Source: Phyllobates terribilis
Lineage: Eukaryota
Direction: 5' to 3'
Assembly: GCF_046119375.1 (NCBI RefSeq)
Contig: NW_027362762.1
Span: 441,378,001-441,442,000 of the forward strand
DNA length: 64,000 bases
The notes beneath the pieces are model-generated. The model searched no databases. It saw only the letters and a program-made list of their open reading frames with translations, and was not told the origin of the DNA. Shown here piece by piece: positions 13,337 to 23,934 of the stretch. The translations under genes and the position numbers were made by a program. The first letter of the stretch is position 1. Each line of letters starts with the position of its first letter.

Positions 13337-13807
13337 CTGGACGAGAAAGCATTAAAGAGTTGCTAAACTGCACACAACTATATTATACGGACTAATGTAA
13401 CTGTAAAGACGAGATAAAAAAAAACCACAGGAAAAAGTTAAGAATTCATTCTGATGTGACCCAGCACACTGATAGAAAGGAATCTATTTTTAAAACACAA
13501 AAAAACATGAACATCTGAATGAGGCCTTATATATGTGGTCAATACAAAGGCCTGGCTTATGACTGATTCCTTCTCTGGATCTTATGAAGGACTAGGAACA
13601 TTTATTACTTGCGGCAGAAAAGCTATTCCTAAATAGCACAAGATTCTAGCACAGTTAAAGTAGTAAGGCCCTACTATATCAACATTTATAAAAGGGCTGG
13701 ATACTGTTCTGATAACCAATGAAATTGGAGTTACAAATAATCTAGAGATGGACAACGTATAATTGATAGAAAGATTATATTTGAAGGACACTTGAAGAAG
13801 AACTTAC

Positions 13808-13891
13808 CAGGCTTTCTAGGTACACCAGCAGGGATTACTACTACATCAGCACCTTTCAAGCTCTCTGGTAGCTGCTCTGCACCAATATATC
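13808..13891 (-). CDS. mdh2: mdh2 exon 3 (84 nt)
   Basis: TAG|(G)[27 protein letters not shown](G)|GTAAGT. Confidence 0.98.
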
Positions 13892-13949
13892 CTATAAGAA
13901 TGAGATAGTGTTTTAAGGTTACTTACATTTATATTAATACTAGTAGAAG

Positions 13950-14347
13950 ACACGGCCCGTACATAGTCTGGTCTTTTCTGTAGTAACATATCGATGCAAA
14001 ACCTGGACGATAAAGAAACAAGACAGAAGAACTATCGGCGCCTTCGAAATGTGGTGCTGGAGAAGGATGCTATCAATACCATGGACGGCAAGAAGAACAA
14101 GCAAGTCAATTTTGAAACAAATCAAGCATCACCAAGCTACGACTTGCCTACTTTGGACACATCATACGAAGAGAACAATCACTGGAGAAGGACATCATGG
14201 TCAGAAGAATAGAAGGGACAAGGAAAAGAGGAAGACGAGCAGCCTGATGGCTATATACAATCAAGATAATGGCAGAGAAGACCCTGGTGGACAGCATCTA
14301 GGCTTGCACAAGATCCATCTTCCTACAGAGCGTTCATCCATCAAGTC
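13950..14347 (+). mobile_element. RTE-clade LINE 3' fragment, left half (continues at 19113-19149)
   Basis: TYRCKTWTIKKQDRRTIGAFEMWCWRRMLSIPWTARRTSKSILKQIK... ending LAQDPSSYRAFIHQV. Confidence 0.85.
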
Positions 14348-14424
14348 ATAGAATCATAGAATGGTAGAGTTGGAAGGGACCTCCTGGGTCATCTGGTCCA
14401 ACCCCCTGCTCAAAGCAGGATTCA

Positions 14425-17209
14425 CTAGATCATCTCAGACAGATGTCTGTCCAGCCTCTGTTTGAAGACGTCCATTGAAGGGGAACTCACCACCTCTCGT
14501 GACAGCCTGTTCCACTCATTAATCACCCTAACTGTCAAAAAGTTTTTTCTAATATCTAATCTGTGTCTCCTCCCATTTGGTTTCATCCCATTGCTTCTAG
14601 TCTTTCCTTGTGCAAATGAGAATAAAGATGATCCTTCTACAATGTGACAGCCCTTGACATATTTGTAGACAGCTATTAAGTCTCCTCTCCGTCTTCTTAT
14701 TTGCAAGCTAAACATTCCCAAATCCTGCAACCGTTCCTCATAGGACATGGTTTGCAGACCAGTCACCATTCTGGTCGCTCTTCTCTGAACTTGTTCCAGT
14801 TTGTCTATGTCTTTTTTAAAATGTGGTGCCCAAAACTGTACACAGTATTCCAGATGAGGTCTGACCAAAGAGGAGTAAAGACCGATAATGACTTCACGTG
14901 ATCTAGACTGTATGCTTCTGTTAATACATCCCAGAATTGTATTTGCCTTTTTTGCTGCTGCATCACACTGTTGACTCATGTTCAGTCTATGATCTATTAG
15001 TATACCCAAGTCTTTTTCACATGTACTGTTGCTTAGCTCTATTCCTCCCATTCTGTATATGCTTTTTTCATTTTTATTGCCCAGATGTAGTACTTTGCAT
15101 TTTTCCCTGTTAAAAACCATTCTGTTGGTTGCTGCCCACTGCTCCAGTTTATTTAGGTCTTTTTGAATCCTCTCTCTCTTCTCTAGTATTAGCTATCCCT
15201 CCTAGCTTTGTGTCATCAGCAAATTTAATCAGTTTACCCTCAATTCCTTCATCTAAATCATTGATAAAGATGTTGAACAATACAGGTCCCAGGACGGAGC
15301 CCTGTGGTACCCCACTTGAGACATTCATCCAGCTGGATGTGAAGCCATTTACAACCACCCTTTGAGTCCGATCACTAAGCCAGTTATGAATCCACCTAAC
15401 AGTTGCCTGGTCCATTGCATACTTGGTCATTTTTTCAATAAGGATGATGTGAGATACTTTGTCAAATGCTTTGCTGAAGTCAAGATATACTATATCTACA
15501 GCATTTCCCTGATCCACCCAGTCAGTGATTCTGTCATAGAAGGAAATTAAGTTAGTCTGACATGACTTGTTAGTTACAAACCCATGCTGACTCTGGTTAA
15601 TCACTTCATTCTTATCCATGTACTTACATACATGTTGTTTAATAATTTGTTCAAAGATCTTTCCTGGTATAGAAGTCAGACTCACCGGCCTATAGTTCCC
15701 TGGGTCCACCTTCTTCCCCTTTTTGAAGATAGGAACAACATTTGCTCTTCTCCAGTCTTCTGGGACTTCTCCTGTTCTCCAAGAATTTTCAAAGATTATG
15801 GAGAGTGGTTCTAAAATTTCTTCTATGATCTCCTTCAGTACTCTGGGGTGTAATTCATCTGGACCTGGAGACTTGAACTCATTTATGTTAGCTAAATATT
15901 CCCTCACAATCTTTCTGTTTACTGATAACTTGGATTCCTCTATTCCTTTAAAAGGACAGTGAAGATCAGTTGATGTTACATTTTCTTTCTGAGAGAAAAC
16001 AGATGCAAAATAGGAATTAAAAAGTTCGGCCTTCTCAACATCCTCTCTTACCATTTCTCCATTTTCATCCTGTAAAAATCCTATAGCATCTTTGACTTTT
16101 CTTTTACTTTTGACATACCCCCAAAATCCTTTTTTATTGCTTTTGACATCTCTTGCAAGCCTTAATTCATTGTCAGCTTTAGCTAACCTGATACGTGCCC
16201 TACAGGATCTGCAGACTGCATTATAATCTTCTTTAGATATGCCTCCCTCTTTCCATTTAATAAACATTTCTTTCTTTTTTAGCATGTGTTTAAGTTCTGT
16301 GTTCATCCAAACTGGTTTCCTTAAATGCTTCCCATTCTTCCTACTTTTCGGGATTGTTAACGATTGTGCTTTGAGAATCTCATTTTTAAAAATTTCCCAT
16401 CCTTCCTGGACATTTTTGTCCTTAAGGACATCCAGCCATTGGATCCCTCCTATTCTCTTTCTGAGTCTCTTAAAATCTGCCTTTCTAAAATCTAACCTTG
16501 AAGTTTGAGTCTTCACATGTCTTCCTCCTCTAGTTATCCAAAATTCTATAATAGCATGATCGCTGCCTCCTAGGGTCCCAGCCACCTTTACCTCCTCAAC
16601 CATTTCCTCCCTGTTTATAAGAATTAGATCCAAAGTAGCAGATCCCCTTGTTTTCTCCCCTACCTTTTGGAAGATAAAGTTGTCAGCAAGAGAGGATAAG
16701 AATTTGCTTGACCTGTTAGTTTTACTTGAGAGAGATTCCCAACAAATGTCTGGATAGTTGAAATCTCCCATGACCACTACGTCATATTTTTTGGAGAACT
16801 TGGTCATTTGATACATAAAGAGTTCATCCATATCTTCAGCTTGCCCAGGTGGCCTGTAGTAAATGCCTACAATGGTGTCCTTTCCGTTGTTCTCTCCTTG
16901 TATTCTTACCCAAACAGTTTCCACAGAACTCCCAGTCTCTGAAGCTTCAATCTCTGTGCAGATATACGCTTTTCTAACATACAATGCGACACCTCCTCCT
17001 CGTTTATCAAGTCTGTTTCTTGCAAATAAGTTGTATCCTTTTAGCCTTTTATTCCAATCATGTGTATCGTCCCACCAAGTTTCAGTGATTCCAATGACAT
17101 CATATTCCTTTTCCTGCATTAGTAGTTCCAATTCTCCTTGTTTGTTGCCCATGCTTTGTGCATTTGTATAAAAACATTTTAGTTTGTGATTGGTTTCTCT
17201 TCCTCCCAT
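14425..17209 (-). pseudogene. CR1 ORF2 (endonuclease-reverse transcriptase), one frameshift at about 15170
   Basis: ORFs 15149-17209 (686 aa) and 14425-15120 (231 aa) join if one AG is restored in an (AG)n run (EERE[R][11 protein letters not shown]). Confidence 0.9.
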
Positions 17210-17331
17210 ATTTTTATTATTTAGATTTTTTTGTCTTTGTTCTTCTTTTCCACTTCCAGTAGCAGAGATCTCAATAGTATTTGTCAGCTGTATGGCTTTT
17301 TCTGGCCTTTTGCTTCCCTTCCCACATTGTT

Positions 17332-18294
17332 CTAGTTTAAAGCTCTTCTGATGAATGTAGCAAGGCGACTTCCAAATACATGTTTTCCAGTCTTCGTAAG
17401 GTGCACCCCATCTCTAGCAAGTAGACCATCGTATAGGTAATTCATTCCGTGATCCAGAAATCCAAATCCTTGTTGACGGCACCATCGACGTAGCCAGTTG
17501 TTCACCTGTAGAATCTTATTCCACCTCATTGTTCCATGGCCATCCACTGGGAGGATGGATGAGAAGACCACCTGCGCTCCCAATTCTTTCACTTTCTTGC
17601 CTAAGTCTTCAAAGTCACTGCAGATGGTTTCCAGGTCCTTTCTTGCGGTGTCATTTGTCCCCACATGTATTAGCAGGAATGGGTAGTGATCTGTAGGTCT
17701 GAAGAGTCTTGATATCCTGTCAGACACATCTTTAATTTTTGCTCCTGGAAGACAGCACATTTCTCTTGAGGTTATGTCTGGTCTGCAGATAGCGGCCTCT
17801 GTTCCTCTTAACAGGGAATCCCCCATGACCACCACTCTCCGTTTTTACTTCACAACATTCTTCTTTCTCCATCCAGGAGGATTCTGAGGGCTTACAAGGT
17901 TATTCATTGCTGGCAAAGTCTTATTTTGCTGTATTTCTTCATGGTTCTCCTGTGCGAGAGCCTGGTACTGGTTCCTGAGCAGTATGGGTGCTGACTGCCT
18001 CTCGATCCTCCTGCTTCTGTGGGTCACATGCTTCCATTCCTCTGTTTCGTCAGGTGCAGTTCGAATTTCTTCTCTTTCTGAATCATGAAGAGATAATTCT
18101 GCTCTGTCTAAGAACTCTTCACCTTCCTTAATGATTTTCAAGGTAGTTAACCTCTCTTCTAGATTTCGCAACTTTTCCTCCAACAGGGACACAAGCTTGC
18201 ATTTCTGGCATGTGAAGTCTGGCTTTTCCACTGGCAAGTCTGTGAACATGTAGCAGGATATGCAGCTCACCAAATGGCTCCTGGACTCTTCCAT
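17332..18294 (-). pseudogene. CR1 ORF1 (zinc-finger-like/leucine zipper/esterase), one in-frame TAA at 17845-17847
   Basis: MEESRSHLVSCISCYMF...FTCQKCKLVSLLEEKLRNLEERL...KNVVK*KRRVVVMGDSLLRG; both ORF-track pieces are in the same frame. Confidence 0.85.
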
Positions 18295-18353
18295 GTTCTT
18301 ATTGTTAATGTTCTGAAAACAGTGAAAAAAGCTTAAAAAAAAAAGCTTCAAAA

Positions 18354-19112
18354 TGGTTTACCGATGTCCTCTTTTCAGCTGCAACAGCCAAAATCCAGTG
18401 TTCTTTGAGCTCGCGGAGACTCTTCACTTACCCCAAAATGCAGTGGGAATATGCAAATTATCTCCTCAGGACTCCTCCCCTGGTTTACCGATGTCCTCTT
18501 TTCAGCTGCAACAGCCAAAATCCAGTGTTCTTTGAGCTCGCGGAGACTCTTCACTTACCCCAAAATGCAGTGGGAATATGCAAATTATCTCCTCAGGACT
18601 CCTCCCCTGGTTTACCGATGTCCTCTTTTCAGCTCCAACAGCCAAAATCCAGTGTTCTTTGAGCTCGCGGAGACTCTTCACTTACCCCAAAATGCAGTGG
18701 GAATATGCAAATTATCTCCTCAGGACTCCTCCCCTGGTTTACCGATGTCCTCTTTTCAGCTGCAACAGCCAAAATCCAGTGTTCTTTGAGCTCGCGGAGA
18801 CTCTTCACTTACCCCAAAATGCAGTGGGAATATGCAAATTATCTCCTCAGGACTCCTCCCCTGGTTTACCGATGTCCTCTTTTCAGCTGCAACAGCCAAA
18901 ATCCAGTGTTCTTTGAGCTCGCGGAGACTCTTCACTTACCCCAAAATGCAGTGGGAATATGCAAATTATCTCCTCAGGACTCCTCCCCTGGTTTACCGAT
19001 GTCCTCTTTTCAGCTCCAACAGCCAAAATCCAGTGTTCTTTGAGCTCGCGGAGACTCTTCACTTACCTCAAAATGCAGTGGAAATATGCAAATTATCTCC
19101 GCAGGACTCCTC
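18354..19112 (-). repeat. Tandem array of six near-identical 127-bp monomers forming the CR1 5' end
   Basis: ATGCAAAT recurs at 18451, 18578, 18705, 18832, 18959 and 19086; 759 bp is about 5.98 units. Confidence 0.97.
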
Positions 19113-19149
19113 GCCATGGTTCGAGATCAAGTTGAAGGCAGTTAAATAA
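19113..19149 (+). mobile_element. RTE-clade LINE 3' fragment, right half
   Basis: GCC ATG GTT CGA GAT CAA GTT GAA GGC AGT TAA ATAA = AMVRDQVEGS*; continues the frame broken at 14347. Confidence 0.8.
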
Positions 19150-19579
19150 GGAAACAGCACTTGAATACTTAAAGCTCTCACAATAAATAATCTTGGATCA
19201 AAAAGATGTATAACGGCCAGTTAGCCCAAAACCAGGAGCCAGTACTGAGAAATTATACTGGGAACAATTCAACAAGGCTTTACCAGTAACAGAAGCATAT
19301 TGGTTACCTTGGTCTGGGGATCTGACAAAGTCCACACACGGCAGTAATAAAATGAAAGCTGAAACGTAACTAAAGGAGTACTCCTAACATATCTACAGCA
19401 TATCAGTGTTTTGGAAATAAATCAACCCTGCTTTTACCCTAAACTTGTATAATCCCTTGAATTGTCTGATCAATGGTCAAATCGCCAACAATCCAAGCTG
19501 CCAGAAGGGTGTCTGGTCACACCATTCCATCTCCTATGGAAGTTAATTAAGTGAACCCATTACCTCTCCCTCTGGAGAT

Positions 19580-19739
19580 CAGTGTTCCCCAACTCCAGTC
19601 CTCAAGTCCACCAACAGATCTAGTTTTCAAGATTTCACTGGTGGTGTACATGTGAAAATTCCATTACCTGTACAATACTAAGGAAATCCTGAAAACACAA
19701 CCTGTTGGTGGCCTTGAGGACTGGAGTTGGGGAACACTG
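19580..19739. mobile_element. hAT (Charlie-like) MITE
   Basis: Perfect TIRs CAGTGTTCCCCAACTCCAGTCCTCAAG; related to 2441-2623; TSD not recognisable. Confidence 0.75.
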
Positions 19740-20336
19740 ATATAGAATATGAGACTATGCACCCACACTCAGAATATTGTTGAGAGTCTATTAGTAGTGC
19801 CCACACATATCAAACATTGCGCCATAAATAAGCAGGCGGAGAAGCCATTGAAATGAACATGCGCATACATTGGTTTATTAAAGGGGTTGTCTCATTCTTT
19901 GTCCAGGAGCGCACCGCTCCCCTCCTGACTTCCTGCCTGCGGGCCCTCCTGAATATTAACAGTTCGAACCAGAGCCATTGTTACACCCCTACCTCCCATA
20001 CAAGCAGAGATAGTTTTACCTCTGCAGCATCGGAGGAGCAGAGGGGACGCGAGGCTGGCCAGATCCAACTTCAGAGCAGCGCTTGCAAGCTGTAAAGATA
20101 AAGTCTTGCAAGTACATGCTCCTTCTCTAAGGAAACGGCCACCTCTGGAAGAATGGAGAGATGGTCAGCAAGTTATGCAGCGAACTGTAAACTCTAGAGA
20201 ATGGGGAGGATTTTTAGTATTTAGCCTGTTTTTACAAACACTTTGCAGTTTTACCCATTTAACAAGAAGAGAACCTCTTCAACATAGAAGTAAAACTTTT
20301 CAGTAACACGTACAATACAAGTGATGGTCACTTTAC

Positions 20337-20505
20337 CTGTCACCTTTGCTCTTGTTTCAATGTGGCTCAAGTCTGCAGCTACACCGGGTGTGTGGGCAAT
20401 ATCATATAGAGCCAGGTTGCTAATCAAGGGACTGTTCTTCAGCAAAAGGGAAAGAGGCTGCCCGATTCCTCCAGATGCACCAAGTACGGCCACTCTGGCA
20501 TTGTT
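20337..20505 (-). CDS. mdh2: mdh2 exon 2 (169 nt)
   Basis: CAG|[56 protein letters not shown](G)|GTAAAG; NAD-binding GASGGIG. Confidence 0.98.
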
Positions 20506-21858
20506 CTGAAAAAGCAACAGTTATATACATTACACTTGAACTTACAGAGCTATCAGGCAACTGTGTTATTAGAACTTCTGCTTACGCCCCATGTACACTG
20601 CCATTGACAAAGCTCTAATAGAGGCTCCATTGTAGTGCATGGGGGCCTTTACAGCACTTTTATACAGTTTTTTTTAAAGTTTGAATTCATAGATATCAGA
20701 AAAAAAAAATAAGTGTGGCAAGCTCCGTCAGAAGGTGCATTGCATTACTTCTAGCAGGTCAGCTAAATACCTGCAGTCACTGCATTCGACTGCAGAACGC
20801 GGACATTGGGCATTATGCAGACAGTCTGGATTCCCCCTCTATGGCTTGATCTTGCAGGCGGTCACATGCTGACTATATCCTCAGGCGCTTCTCTCAATAC
20901 CAAATATGGTACTCAGCGTGGGAACTAAACCCTACAGTGTGTGTGTGGGGGGGGGGGTTTTACTGTAGGGTTTAGTTCCCACACTGAGTACGTATTTGGA
21001 TCAAGTTCGTATGTTATCCCCCATCAACAACATAGGAGATAACTGAGCGATCCCTGGAACCAGGCTCTGCAGAGCCACATCTTGAATGTAGTGGAAGTCT
21101 GCATGCTCAACCTCTGCTCTATTCATTGTCTAAAGGACTGACGGAGGAGGCCGAGCACTGCACTTAGTACGTTAGCCGCCATCAATCACTGTACTACCTT
21201 GACAATAAAGATTAGGCCCCATCTTCACAAGACCACTTCTCTTCCTCCTCGTCCCCACTCCTACTACCCAACTGTTGAACCCTAGAGAATAAGGCCAGAT
21301 GGAGCGCCCCTACCCAAAAGGTCTGTGCTAGATCAATGAAAGATTGAAAAGGAGAGTGCAGCTTCCATTTTTTTTTTTTGCCAATGTGGAATATCTGTGG
21401 CAAGACTTTAATGGAACAGACAAAAAAATGCATTTCTGAATTATATCCCCTGCTTTGGTTAAAATGGAAAGGGTGGAAGTTTTTTTTTTTTCTTTTTGTT
21501 AACCTATAAAGAGGCATCTGCCATATAGTTTTACTACACATACAAAGTTCCCTCTTAACACCGATGGGTTTCCTAAACTAGCTCCACATGACCTTTACTG
21601 CAGCACTAGAAGACATTGCTATTGCCTTTACACACACAACACCCAGCAATCCGGTGGACTGACCCAGCTGACACAATGTGACAGGATAGGTCAGGGGTCG
21701 GACGTGCAGGGCGCATCTCTATATTTGATCATTACAGAACCGTAAGTGGGGCCTATGCAGGAAAACCTTCAGCGCAATATGGTGACATATACAAGAACCA
21801 GCCACCATGTTCACAGCTCACAAGTGTTGCCATAGAATGCATATAGTCTAAGGCTTAA

Positions 21859-22300
21859 AAGGGGTAGTCCAGTGCAAACATAAGTATGCAGTCACTCTGC
21901 AGACATTACATGCTGCATGCACACCAGTTTATATTCCAGTTCATTTCTTTAGTTTTTTTTTCAGTCACTCTGTGTGACTGCAGACTTATGAATCCCCCCC
22001 AGAGTACGCACTGTGCGCTGTGGGGGTTCGCTGGTTTCTGACCCGGGACTGGAGGGTATGTATGTGCTATACATGCTCTGGGCAGTGGGAGTGGCCTCAC
22101 TCCATACACTTGTATTGAGCGGAGGCGGCGCCATGTCTAGTGACCAGGCCATACTCAATACAAGTATATGGAGCGAGGCCACATCCACTGCCCAGAGCAT
22201 GTATAGCACATATATACCCTCTGGTTCCGGGTAAGAAACCAGCGAACCCCCACAGTGCACAGAGCGTACTCTGGGGGGATTCATAAGTCTGCAGTCACAG
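21859..22300. mobile_element. Kolobok/T2-type palindromic MITE
   Basis: TTAA|AAGGGGTAGTCCAG start; long internal inverted repeat; right end approximate. Confidence 0.55.
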
Positions 22301-23532
22301 AGCATGACCTTTGCATCCATACCACTAAGTTCAGTAGTAAAATCCTCGTGACAGGTTCCCCTCAAACAATGCCAAAAAATATTAACATTTCTCTTGCATA
22401 AAACAAAACCACAACAGAAATGTGAGTAGAAATCTAGAAGTCATAGCAGCTTAAAGGGCTCCTGACAGCTTTCATTATACACTTCCTGACAAGGCCTTTT
22501 TACTGTCTAATTTCTTCACATGCCAAAACTCGATTTTTGACTGCAGAGGTGATAAGCTAAGAGGTGGGTGGCCAGTTGTAAAGGGTGTTGCTTCCCACAG
22601 ACTAGTCATCCTACTAATCGTGCTACTGTGGGCATGAGTATCATGATTAGCATGAGCGGCGTCAGCTGCTCTTTGTAAATCAATGCCTCCCTGACAATGT
22701 GCAGTGAGCTGGCTGTACGCTCCCTAGCGCACTGTGTATGCCCACCACATGTCACCGCTGCCTCCCTGGGCATGCGCAGTGTGCCTCTGAGGCCGGGGAG
22801 TACACCCGTCTGCCTGCACATTGTCAAGGAGGCAGAGATCTGTAAAGAACCAGCGATGACTTCACTCCTGTAAATTATGTTACTCTCACCCACAGAAACG
22901 CGATAACATGATTAATGGGACAATCACTCCAGATAAAGCAACACCCCCATGATAAGTCGCCCAGTAATTGGCATATCACTGGCCAAGTCATAAAAGTGAC
23001 TTGGCATATGAAGAAAGCAATAACAGGGGCTTGTTAGGAAGCGGAGCATGGTAGCAATAAACAAATGGCTGCAGTCTGGGGGGCTCTTGATAGTAGATCT
23101 GTCACTTGACTTCACAACACAAACTGTAAATAATAAATTAATCTTAGGCCTAATGATACTTGTGTACTTACTGTGAAAACCCATGTCAGAATGGCTGTGT
23201 AATCCAATTATTAAAGCTAGAATGTGAAATCTCATGAATAAGGGTTTACTCTCCACCAATCCACCCTGACTGCTGCAGCTTGTACTGAGCAGTGTGAGAT
23301 GACAGCATCTGGAGGGAGGAGTGACACCGAGGAGCAGAGATTGAGTTACACTTTTGTAAAGGATTGCATAGCCATTCTGACATGGATTCACAGTAAACCT
23401 ACATCCTTACATAAAGATTGATTTACTAGCATACACGGTGGGATCTGGAGAGGCCTGGGCAATAAGGAGTTACAGCTGGTGCCAACACCAGGAAATAGGA
23501 AGAGTCAGCTGTGGGCTTCCTTATGTCGAGGG

Positions 23533-23609
23533 CAGGAGATGGCACCCCCGAGGACAGGAGATGGCACCCCCGAGGACAGGAGATGGCACCCCCGAGGACA
23601 GGAGATGGC
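23533..23609. repeat. 22-bp tandem repeat, about 3.5 copies (CAGGAGATGGCACCCCCGAGGA)
   Basis: Unit starts at 23533, 23555, 23577 and 23599. Confidence 0.95.
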
Positions 23610-23868
23610 CTCTCTGGAGATGGATGCTAAGCCTAAAGGCTGACATTACTATCGGGAGAAGTGCTGTGCCTCCTATTGCTCTCTGTTATCAGCCATTCGT
23701 CATACATTCTGAAGACTGAAGCAATCCCCATGTACATGTATGAATGGCCCATACAGGGCAATAGGGGCAGAGCACAGGACAGCTCCAGCAGATAAGGGAC
23801 GTGCCGCTCAATGACAGTTCAGGACAATACGGTAATCATTACCCCGCACCACATGCGCGGCCGGCTAC

Positions 23869-23934
23869 CTGTGCGCTGGTGGAGAGTCCCCGGATGACGC
23901 CGGACGCGGCGGGTCTTACAATGCGGGAGAACAT
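23869..23934 (-). CDS. mdh2: mdh2 exon 1 (66 nt; mitochondrial presequence)
   Basis: MFSRIVRPAASGVIRGLSTSAQ|GTAGCC. Arg-rich and free of acidic residues, with an R-x-L-S-T-S processing-like motif. Exons sum to 1017 nt = 338 aa + stop. Confidence 0.95.

Larger units (their letters stand above)
14348..19112 (-). mobile_element. Near-full-length CR1 LINE (4.77 kb) in mdh2 intron 2, same sense as mdh2
   Basis: (ATTCTATG)2 3' tail. ORF2 APE+RT ([14 protein letters not shown]). ORF1 with Cys-rich N-terminus, coiled-coil and GDSL/SGNH esterase (GDSLL, HVGTND, DGVH). 5' monomer array. Bounded by the two RTE halves. Confidence 0.95.

Noticed and set aside
19126-19132. ATCAAGT (also 14340-14346) as the CR1 target-site duplication
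   Set aside because: Both copies fall inside the RTE reading frame (CAT CAA GTC and GAT CAA GTT), which joins at 14347/19113, so the match is an internal RTE similarity.
18353-19149. Series of 105-112-aa plus-strand ORFs
   Set aside because: Same translation repeated at 127-bp offsets from the monomer array.
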